Shown piece after piece: positions 7,687 through 14,014 of a DNA stretch of 18,239 bases (position 1 is its first letter; each line of letters starts with the position of its first letter). A program made the position numbers and the translations under genes. Source of the stretch: Verrucomicrobiota bacterium (GTDB lineage: Bacteria; Verrucomicrobiota; Verrucomicrobiia; Opitutales; Opitutaceae); assembly GCA_048498875.1 (NCBI GenBank), contig JBEHXD010000043.1:1-18239 (forward strand). The letters run 5' to 3'. The notes under the pieces are model-generated. The model searched no databases and was not told the origin of the DNA. It worked only from the letters and a program-made list of their open reading frames with translations.

Positions 7687-8728
7687 AACTCCCCAAGACT
7701 GGCTCCGCCAGGGACAAGCCCTCGAGGCAAAAAACAACGCGACCGCACTGGCCGAGGCCGTGCAATGCTACGACCGCGCGATTGTCATGTTGAGCAGTGC
7801 TCCGTTGGAAAAAGTCCGGCCTGAGCTCGCCATCGCGTGGATGAATTTCGGCAATGCGCGGCAAAAGCAGCCGGAGACCGGCGCGCCGGCCGACGCGGTG
7901 CGGGCCTACGACAAAGCCATCTCGCTGCTGAAGCCCATGGTGACGCCGGACAATTTTGCCCTGCGCAACACGCTCGGAGCGGCCTGGATGAACCGCGGCC
8001 ATGCATTCCATCGTCAGGGCACACCGGAAACGCTCGCGGCCGCCATCGAGTCGCAGGATCAGGCCATTGCGGAGCTGCAAACGCTGCCGCTCGGCGAGAA
8101 TCGTTCGTTTCATATCAATCTCGCCGCCGCGTGGATGAATCGCGCCCACGCGTTGATGTCGTCCACCCCGCCGGACTCCACCGCCGCGCGCGATGCGGCC
8201 ATGAAAACGATCCAGCTCACCCGCGAGAAGGTCCAGGCGGATCCGGTGCTCGCCGACATCTCACTCCGCGCCCACCACGCGCTGTGTGCCGCGCTTTCCC
8301 GGCAACTCTCCGGGAAAGTGGCACCGGAGATTATTTCGGAAACGGGCGATGTGGTCGAAGATGCACTGGCAATCGTGCGCCATTGGGAAAGACAGGGGGT
8401 CCCCAATTTTCGTCCGATCGCGACCGCGCTCTTTTACTTCGGCGCCCAATTTTATCACGCTCACCAGCCGCAGTTCCTCGCCGAATTCCTGTTGGAAAAC
8501 GTGGATCCCGCGAGCGCTACCGGTGCGCTGTTTGAGTCCGATCAATTGAAAGGCATCGCCGCCGCCGCGCTGGCCCAGGCACGGGCCGACGCCTACAATC
8601 GCAGCATGGCCAATCCCGGCGATGCCCGCCTCCAGCAAATGCGCCAGGATTTGGAGGAAGCCGAAAAGCGCCTGATGGAGCTGGTTCCCCTGCCGGACGG
8701 AATGCCCCAAACCGAAACCACTCCGTGA
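7676..8728 (+). CDS. TPR-like repeat protein (350 aa)
   Basis: Helical-pair motifs recur: AIAWMNFGNA…AVRAYDKAI, LGAAWMNRGHA…AIESQDQAI and LAAAWMNRAHA. I prefer the ATG at 7676, which overlaps the PepSY stop by 11 nt, over the TTG at 7640. Confidence 0.75.
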   Translation: MQPETPQDWLRQGQALEAKNNATALAEAVQCYDRAIVMLSSAPLEKVRPELAIAWMNFGNARQKQPETGAPADAVRAYDKAISLLKPMVTPDNFALRNTLGAAWMNRGHAFHRQGTPETLAAAIESQDQAIAELQTLPLGENRSFHINLAAAWMNRAHALMSSTPPDSTAARDAAMKTIQLTREKVQADPVLADISLRAHHALCAALSRQLSGKVAPEIISETGDVVEDALAIVRHWERQGVPNFRPIATALFYFGAQFYHAHQPQFLAEFLLENVDPASATGALFESDQLKGIAAAALAQARADAYNRSMANPGDARLQQMRQDLEEAEKRLMELVPLPDGMPQTETTP

Positions 8729-8773
8729 GCATGCCGGGCGTCTCATTAAATCCAACCTGTCGCTTCCGATTCT

Positions 8774-8800
8774 GTCATTCTGAGCGCAGCGAAGAATGAC
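8774..8800. repeat. family-2 hairpin repeat, single unit
   Basis: GTCATTCT-GAGCGCAGCGA-AGAATGAC forms a perfect 8-bp stem. It ends 9 nt upstream of the oxidase start. Confidence 0.6.
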
Positions 8801-8808
8801 AACCGCGT

Positions 8809-9933
8809 TTGAAAACCGATTCCAATCCCTCCCGTTTCCGGCAACCGCTGTGGGAAAAAATCCCGCCGGAAATTGTCGCTGTGGCCGACTATGAGGCGCC
8901 GGCGCAGGCGCGATTGGACGACAATGCGTGGGCTTATCTTTCCGGCGGCACCGCCGACGAAATCACGCTCCGCGCGAACCGCGATGCCTTTGACCGGCTG
9001 TCGCTCGTCACGCGCGTGCTCGGCGATTTCTCCGGCGTCAGTGGCACGCGCAGCACTCTGTTCGGACAGGTGCTCGATTATCCCGTGCTGCTCGCACCCG
9101 TCGCTTACCACAAACTCGCGCACGACGACGGCGAACTCGCCACCGCCTTGGGCGCCGCGGCGGCCCGCGCGGGATTTATCGTCAGCACGCACTCGAGCGT
9201 TTCGATCGAAGATATCGCCCGCACCGCGCAAACCCCACTGTGGTTTCAACTGTATTTCAAAACCGACCGCAACTTCACGCGCGAGTTGGTGCAGCGCGCG
9301 GAAGCCGCGGGTTATCGGGCACTGGTTGTGACGGTCGACGCGCCGGTCAACACGATGCGCAATCGCGAACAACGCGCGCAATTCCGCCTGCCCGCCGGCA
9401 TCGAAGCCGCCAATCTCCGCGGTCTGCCGCCGCCCGCCTCACATCAGATCAATGAGAACGCCCTGTGCGGCGGCATGATGGCCACCGCGCCCACTTGGAA
9501 AGACATCGAGTGGCTGCGCTCACTGACGAAACTGCCCATCGTCATCAAGGGCATTATGAGCCCCGACGACGCCCTGCTCGCCGCGCAACACGGTGCCGAT
9601 GGCATCGTGGTTTCCAATCACGGTGGCCGCACGCTCGACACCACCTGCGCCTCGATCCAGGTGCTGCCACGCATCGCCGATGCACTCGAAGGCCGCATGC
9701 CGTTGCTATTCGATGGCGGAATCCGCCGCGGCACCGACGTGCTCAAGGCGCTCGCGCTGGGCGCCTCGGCGGTGCTCATTGGCCGGCCTTACATCTACGG
9801 CCTCGCTACGGCCGGAGCCGTCGGCGTGGCACATGTGCTCAATATCCTGCGTGCCGAACTGGAAGTGGCGATGGCGCTCACCGGTTGCGCCACCCTTGCC
9901 AAGATCGACCGCAAAGTGATCTGGCAGGATTAG
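8809..9933 (+). CDS. FMN-dependent alpha-hydroxy-acid oxidase/dehydrogenase (glycolate oxidase / L-lactate oxidase / LldD family)
   Basis: Family motifs are present throughout: DYE…A..YL.GG..DE.TL..N..AF at the N-terminus, PLWFQLY, VVTVD.P, IVIKGI, G.DGIVVSNHGGR and DGGIRRG.DV.KALALGA. The start is a TTG in the ORF track, so the exact start is uncertain. Confidence 0.9.
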   Translation: MKTDSNPSRFRQPLWEKIPPEIVAVADYEAPAQARLDDNAWAYLSGGTADEITLRANRDAFDRLSLVTRVLGDFSGVSGTRSTLFGQVLDYPVLLAPVAYHKLAHDDGELATALGAAAARAGFIVSTHSSVSIEDIARTAQTPLWFQLYFKTDRNFTRELVQRAEAAGYRALVVTVDAPVNTMRNREQRAQFRLPAGIEAANLRGLPPPASHQINENALCGGMMATAPTWKDIEWLRSLTKLPIVIKGIMSPDDALLAAQHGADGIVVSNHGGRTLDTTCASIQVLPRIADALEGRMPLLFDGGIRRGTDVLKALALGASAVLIGRPYIYGLATAGAVGVAHVLNILRAELEVAMALTGCATLAKIDRKVIWQD

Positions 9934-9952
9934 CGCCCGGTCATGGAAATGT

Positions 9953-10063
9953 GGTAGGGCGGATTATCCCTAATCCGCCGAACGTTCGCTCGCGATGTCA
10001 CGATCGAAACCCTAATTCCCGCGATTATCCTGAGACGGCGGATTAAGGATAATCCGCCCTACC
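9953..10063. repeat. REPIN-like inverted doublet of family-1 REP elements (GTAG + hairpin)
   Basis: 9953-9980 reads GGTAGGGCGGATTATCCCTAATCCGCCG. 10036-10063 reads CGGCGGATTAAGGATAATCCGCCCTACC, its reverse complement with 1 mismatch in 28. The spacer is 55 nt. Each unit is itself a 9-bp hairpin (GGCGGATTA/TAATCCGCC) with a 4-nt loop. Confidence 0.75.
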
Positions 10064-10132
10064 GTGCCCGCGGGGCGAGGTGGAACCATAGGCGACGATC
10101 GAATGCAGATATCTGACTGCACTTCATGACCA

Positions 10133-10166
10133 AAGAAGAAGGCGCGGTTCGCACCGCGCCTTTCTC
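10133..10166. terminator. bidirectional-looking intrinsic terminator
   Basis: AAGAAGAA-GGCGCGGT-TCGC-ACCGCGCC-TTTCTC is an 8-bp GC stem. A T-rich tract follows the stem on both strands. It probably ends the oxidase transcript. Confidence 0.55.
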
Positions 10167-10535
10167 AATACTCCGTTTCTCAAATTTAAAGTGATGAGGC
10201 TCGCGCACGTACAACGGGCCAGTTAAACGTACGCGAGCCCTTTGATCATCTCTCGCACCCGTTACCAAGTGCGAAAACTGAGCCATCAGTTAACCATTTC
10301 TCCGCGATTTTTTAGAGAGGCGAAAAGGCCTCTTTTCAGGTGAAATACCCGGCACAAAATGGTGCAACGCGGGCTTGACTGTGCATCGGAGAACGGCCCG
10401 TACGAGGCAGGGCGCTTTATCCCTTGCCTCTCACGGAGGTGAGGGGACAAGCACCGGAATGCGAGAGCGCATTAACGGTGCTAAAGCGCCGTCAGGATTT
10501 GCGACTGCAAGAACCGTAATCGTGAGTCCTGAAGC
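10167..10535. other. gene-free, densely structured region (candidate ncRNA or long 5' leader)
   Basis: There is a series of strong hairpins. 10198-10239 has a 13-bp stem with 1 mismatch, and 10253-10274 is a second hairpin. 10316-10337 is AGAGGC/GCCTCT followed by TTTTC, which is terminator-like on the + strand. Further hairpins lie at 10348-10373, 10427-10446 (GGAG tetraloop) and 10451-10481 (two-tier stem). No credible ORF is present and I recognise no Rfam family by eye. Confidence 0.3.
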
Positions 10536-10562
10536 GACGGATTACGGATAATCCGCCCTACC
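10536..10562 (-). repeat. family-1 REP element, slightly decayed copy
   Basis: GACGGATTACGGATAATCCGCCCTACC has the same architecture and tail as 10037-10063, with one stem mismatch. Confidence 0.65.
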
Positions 10563-10715
10563 CTGCGGAAATCCTAATCACAGCATAAAGCCGTTCCTCC
10601 AGGTGGAACGCGACCGGGGGGCGCGTTGGGAAAGTCCGCGCCCCGCGCATATCGCAAGATCTGCGATCCGCCCGGCCCCTCTTGACGTCTCTGCTATCCT
10701 GACTTCTTTCACCGC

Positions 10716-11036
10716 GTGACCGATTTTCAAAACCGCCAGCAACCCAAGCCCGCATTGAGGGCGGTGGCGTTGTTTTGCGCGCTGTCGGTCTGGCTGCTGG
10801 GTTTGCTGGCGGCGAGTCCTCAGCTGCACGCCGCATTGCACGCGGATGCGGATCACACGGATCACTCATGTGCGGTCACACTCTTCAGCCATGGCTGTGA
10901 AAACAGCCTGGGAGCCATCAGCCTCGATTGTGCCCCCATTCTCTTTGTTGCGTATGAAACCCCGGCCAACCCGGGCCTGTCGCATCCTGCCATCACCGAC
11001 CGCCTGCCTCCGGGACGCGGTCCTCCGCTGAGCTGA
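10716..11036 (+). CDS. small signal-anchored His/Cys-rich protein (106 aa), DUF2946-like in concept
   Basis: GTG-initiated ORF. It has a hydrophobic N-terminal segment (ALRAVALFCALSVWLLGLLAA). This is followed by SPQLHAALHADADHTDHSCAVTLFSHGCE…C. It lies immediately upstream of a TonB-dependent receptor, the position in which small His/Cys proteins are found next to metal receptors. Confidence 0.65.
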   Translation: MTDFQNRQQPKPALRAVALFCALSVWLLGLLAASPQLHAALHADADHTDHSCAVTLFSHGCENSLGAISLDCAPILFVAYETPANPGLSHPAITDRLPPGRGPPLS

Positions 11037-11085
11037 GTTAGATTCGTATCCGGGTGGTCATTTCACCGCCCTTCCTTTGCCCTGT

Positions 11086-11110
11086 CCGGCTCTGGCCGGG
11101 GGTTTGTTTT
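11086..11110 (+). terminator. weak hairpin plus T-rich tract between the small protein gene and the receptor gene (possible attenuator)
   Basis: The sequence is CCGGC-TCTG-GCCGG followed by GGGTTTGTTTT. The stem is short, so this is tentative. Confidence 0.3.
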
Positions 11111-11138
11111 GGTCATTTCACGAATCCTGCTGCTCAGC

Positions 11139-13238
11139 ATGAAAACTTTTCGCATCTTTTCCTTTTTTTCCGTCCCTGCCGTAATCGCCGGTCTCGCTTC
11201 CGCGCAGACCACACCCGTCAAATCCACGCCCGTTGCCAATCCCAACGAGCTGCTCAATCTCGAGGCGGTCGTCGTCACCGCCGGGACCGATCCCAAATCG
11301 GCCTTCGATCTCGCCCAAGGCGCATCGATCCTCACCGGCGACACCCTCCACGAGAGCCTTGCCGCCACGTTGGGCGAAACGCTCTCGTCCACTCCCGGGG
11401 TCAGCTCGACCTACTACGGTCCCGGCGCCAGCCGGCCGATCATCCGCGGACTCGGCGGTGACCGGGTTCGCATGCTCGACAACGGCGTCGGTTCACTCGA
11501 TGCCTCCAACGTGAGTCCGGACCACAACGTCAGCATCGAGCCGCTCCTCGTTGATCGCATCGAGGTTTTGCGCGGTCCCGCCACGCTTCTCTACGGCAGC
11601 TCGGCGGTGGGCGGTGTCGTCAATGTCGTGGATAACCGCATTCCCTCCGCCGCTCCGGCCAGTCCGATCAGCGGGCGGTCTGAAATCCGTTTCGATACCG
11701 CGGCGAACGAACGCACCGGCATCGTCGCCTTGTCCAGCGGCAACCAGAACTTTGCCCTCCAGGTCAACGGACTGCGCACCGAAACCGACGACGTGGCCAT
11801 TCCGGGTTTCGCCGATCCCTCGAATCCGGTAAACAAAGGCACCCTGGCCAACAGCGCCATTTCCACCAAGAGCGGTTCTGTGGGTGGCACTTATTTTTGG
11901 TCGGGCGGAAATGCCGGCCTCGCGGTCAGCGAATACGACACGGTGTACGGCGTTCCCACCGGGGAACCGGTCGCCATCGACATGAAACAGCGCCGCGTCG
12001 ATTTTCGCTCGGAGATCACCCGCCCGTTTGCGGTGTTCAAGGCCGCAAAAATCCGTTTCGGCCTCGCCGACTACACGCACGCCGAAGTGGACACCACGAC
12101 CGGATTGCCCAACACCACCTTCAAAAACAAGGCGTACGAGGGACGTCTCGAACTGGTGCAGCAGGACGCCGGCAACCTTTCCGGAACGATCGGACTGCAA
12201 ACCTCCCGCAGCGATTTTTCCGCCGTGGGCGACGAGGTCGTCACTCCGCCGACACTCACCTACAATCACGCGCTGTTCGCCGTCGAATCCTACAAACTCG
12301 ACCCTCAACTTACCTGGGAATTTGGCGGACGCGTCGAATACCAAAATATTCGGGTAGGCGAAGTCGACCCGCTGTTGCCGGCTTATCCGGGGTATTCCGC
12401 GACGACGGATGAAAAACGTCACGATTACGGAATGAGTTTTTCCACGGGCCTGGTGTATTATCCCGCCAAGGACTATTCGCTCGGCCTGTCGGTGGCCTAT
12501 TCGCAGCGCATCCCGGTGGCCCAGGAGATTTTCTCCAACGGGCCACACGGAGGAACGAATGCCTACGAAATCGGCACATCGAATCTCAAAAAAGAAGACT
12601 CGATCGGTGTCGACCTGACGTTGCGCAAACGCGAGGGATTCGTCACCGGCTCGGCGGGCGCCTTCGTCAACAAGTTCAGTAATTTCGTCTATGAACAGCG
12701 CGACCCGGCTCGCTACTTCGATGGCGACACGGGCAGTTTCCAAGCCTACCCGGTAATTCCCGATCACGAAGTGCTGCCGATCTATCAATTCACCGCGCGG
12801 GACGCGCTCTTTTACGGCGGAGAGGCTGAACTTTCCTTTCACCTCGTCGAAACCGACTCCAATCGCGTGCATCTGGAGCTGACCTCGGACTACGTACACG
12901 CGCAGCAGACCGACGACGACCAGCCGCTGCCGCGCATTCCGCCGCTTCGCCTCGGTAGCGCCCTGCGCTTCGAGCACGGCCCCTGGACCGCGAGCGTGGC
13001 GCTGCAACACGCGTTCGCCCAAAACCGGATTGCTCCAGAGGAAACGCCCACAGCCGGTTACACGCTGCTGAGCGCCGACCTGGCTTATCGGTTCACCATT
13101 ACGCGCACCGACTGGGAAATTTTCGCCCGCGGAACCAATCTCACCGACACCGATGCCCGGGTAAGCACGTCCTTCCTCAAGGACGTCGCTCCTTTGCCCG
13201 GCCGGAACGTGACGATGGGATTGCGAATTATTTTTTAA
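11139..13238 (+). CDS. TonB-dependent outer-membrane receptor (plug motif resembles ZnuD-type metal receptors)
   Basis: A signal peptide is present (MKTFRIFSFFSVPAVIAGLASAQ). The plug reads GASRPIIRGLGGDRVRMLDNGVGSLDASNVSPDHNVSIEP…RIEVLRGPATLLYGSSAVGGVVNVV. A long beta-barrel ends in …GRNVTMGLRIIF. I prefer the ATG at 11139 over the TTG at 11109. Confidence 0.92.
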   Translation: MKTFRIFSFFSVPAVIAGLASAQTTPVKSTPVANPNELLNLEAVVVTAGTDPKSAFDLAQGASILTGDTLHESLAATLGETLSSTPGVSSTYYGPGASRPIIRGLGGDRVRMLDNGVGSLDASNVSPDHNVSIEPLLVDRIEVLRGPATLLYGSSAVGGVVNVVDNRIPSAAPASPISGRSEIRFDTAANERTGIVALSSGNQNFALQVNGLRTETDDVAIPGFADPSNPVNKGTLANSAISTKSGSVGGTYFWSGGNAGLAVSEYDTVYGVPTGEPVAIDMKQRRVDFRSEITRPFAVFKAAKIRFGLADYTHAEVDTTTGLPNTTFKNKAYEGRLELVQQDAGNLSGTIGLQTSRSDFSAVGDEVVTPPTLTYNHALFAVESYKLDPQLTWEFGGRVEYQNIRVGEVDPLLPAYPGYSATTDEKRHDYGMSFSTGLVYYPAKDYSLGLSVAYSQRIPVAQEIFSNGPHGGTNAYEIGTSNLKKEDSIGVDLTLRKREGFVTGSAGAFVNKFSNFVYEQRDPARYFDGDTGSFQAYPVIPDHEVLPIYQFTARDALFYGGEAELSFHLVETDSNRVHLELTSDYVHAQQTDDDQPLPRIPPLRLGSALRFEHGPWTASVALQHAFAQNRIAPEETPTAGYTLLSADLAYRFTITRTDWEIFARGTNLTDTDARVSTSFLKDVAPLPGRNVTMGLRIIF

Positions 13239-13277
13239 GAGCAACTCGCGACGATGGTCACGATTCAATTCCCGGAA

Positions 13278-13303
13278 GGCCGTTGAGGGCAACGGCCCCT
13301 ACC
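13278..13303 (-). repeat. family-1 REP variant with a swapped stem
   Basis: GGCCGTTG-AGGG-CAACGGCC-CCTACC has a different stem but the same loop type and the same CCTACC(GTG) tail as 10037-10066. Confidence 0.55.
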
Positions 13304-13314
13304 GTGTCGATATA

Positions 13315-13364
13315 GCCCGCTGCGGCAGCAGCGGGCCCCCGGGACCGCCGAGCCCCAGCTCGGC
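13315..13364. repeat. two further GC-rich palindromic hairpins in the convergent intergenic region
   Basis: 13315-13336 is GCCCGCTGC-GGCA-GCAGCGGGC, a perfect 9-bp stem. 13347-13364 is GCCGAGC-CCCA-GCTCGGC, a perfect 7-bp stem. Confidence 0.6.
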
Positions 13365-13410
13365 CATCGCTCGATGCGCCGCTCAGAATGTGGCGTAGTA
13401 GCCAAATCGC

Positions 13411-13437
13411 GGCGGACTAGGGATAGTCCGCCCTACC
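13411..13437 (-). repeat. family-1 REP element with compensatory stem change
   Basis: In GGCGGACTA-GGGA-TAGTCCGCC-CTACC the stem ATTA/TAAT of the other copies has become ACTA/TAGT. Confidence 0.7.
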
Positions 13438-13448
13438 ATCCGCCGCCA

Positions 13449-13874
13449 TCAAATATCCCCGCGCGCCGGTTTCTGTTCGAGTACCACGCCGTTGATGCGC
13501 CAGCCGGCCTCTTCCTTCACCAGCCAGTAGCTGTAAACGACATTGCGTTTTTGCCGGTCGAGCAGACTGACCGTCACCTGGGCGAGCTCTTCGTTTTTAT
13601 CCCGCACGATGCCGATGTCGGCTTCATTGGCCTGCAGCAGCACGGGATAGCCGTGCCGGATCAGGGCCGCGAACAACCGCACATCAAACTGCGTCTTGAT
13701 GCCGGACGAAGCCAGGTCGTAAGCCCGGTCAAAATCACCTTCGCGCAACGCGTTCAATTGCGCTTCGACCGTCGCATGCACTTCGTCGCGGATTTTTCGC
13801 GGACTCAGCCGCATTTCCGGCTCGGCGGCGGTGGCGGCTAAACCACAAACCAACAAGATCGCGATCCCGGCCAT
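13449..13874 (-). CDS. DUF4864-like secreted protein (141 aa, NTF2-like small domain)
   Basis: A signal peptide (MAGIAILLVCGLAATAA) is followed by …VEAQLNALREGDFDRAYDLASSGIKTQF…ALIRHGYPVLL…YWLVKEEAGWRINGV. This matches my memory of DUF4864. The 48-codon N-terminal extension in the ORF track (to 14018) runs through a family-2 repeat and is rejected. Confidence 0.8.
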   Translation of the reverse strand: MAGIAILLVCGLAATAAEPEMRLSPRKIRDEVHATVEAQLNALREGDFDRAYDLASSGIKTQFDVRLFAALIRHGYPVLLQANEADIGIVRDKNEELAQVTVSLLDRQKRNVVYSYWLVKEEAGWRINGVVLEQKPARGDI

Positions 13875-13899
13875 TCTGAGCACAGTGAAGAATCCACGG
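13870..13899. repeat. family-2 hairpin repeat, single unit overlapping the DUF4864-like start codon
   Basis: GCCATTCTGAGCACAGTGAAGAATCCACGG aligns with 6135-6164, including the ATCCACGG tail. The stem is ATTCT/AGAAT. The complement of CAT at 13872-13874 is the proposed start codon. Confidence 0.6.
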
Positions 13900-14014
13900 C
13901 TTCGACAACCTGCATCCACACTCCATGGCCCCTTCGTTGCACTCAGGCTGACGGGAGCGGGGGTGGTCATCCCATTCCCGCACAAATCGCACTGCGGAAT
14001 GCTCGCAATCGTTT

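Noticed and set aside
10059-10286. A 75-aa minus-strand ORF inside the long non-coding region.
   Set aside because: It reads through a terminator hairpin and a REP element, has no coding-like composition and resembles no family.
10338-10400. Possible cobalamin riboswitch upstream of the receptor operon (GGTGAAATACCCGGCAC…GCGGGCTTGACTGT vaguely resembles GGUG..AA.CC….CCCGC.ACUGU).
   Set aside because: The AGGGAA element, the GCCACUG box, GGGAAGGC and the B12 box are all missing, so the similarity is limited to short GC-rich strings. It should still be tested with a covariance model.
10514-10547. A 34-nt hairpin (CCGTAATC-N18-GATTACGG; the minus strand ends …ACGGTTC) that is the same length and has the same 3' end as group II intron domain V.
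   Set aside because: It has no AGC catalytic triad, no GNRA tetraloop and no 2-nt bulge geometry. One arm is simply part of the adjacent REP element, and there is no intron-encoded ORF or other intron domains.
10628-10642. RNase P RNA-like strings: GGGAAAGTCCGCGCC (like the P4 GGAAAGUCCGGGC) and ACGGCCCGTAC at 10393-10403 (identical to a segment of E. coli M1 RNA).
   Set aside because: The two motifs are in the wrong 5'-3' order for RNase P RNA on the + strand. The remaining conserved elements (J11/12 GGUAAGAGC, the 3' ACAGAA.CCGGCUUA) are absent. The CDS at 10716 leaves no room for the rest. I judge this coincidental.
11493-13292. A 599-aa ORF antisense to the TonB-dependent receptor gene. 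Similar long antisense or overlapping ORFs include 803..1411, 1557..2297, 2457..3380, 4106..4885, 5435..5944, 6369..7037, 7493..8149, 8746..9381, 14204..14779, 15570..16325 and 16345..17163.
   Set aside because: These are typical shadow ORFs of a high-GC genome. They are Arg/Gly/Ala/Pro-rich with no recognisable motifs. Each is fully overlapped by an opposite-strand or other-frame gene with clear family signatures.
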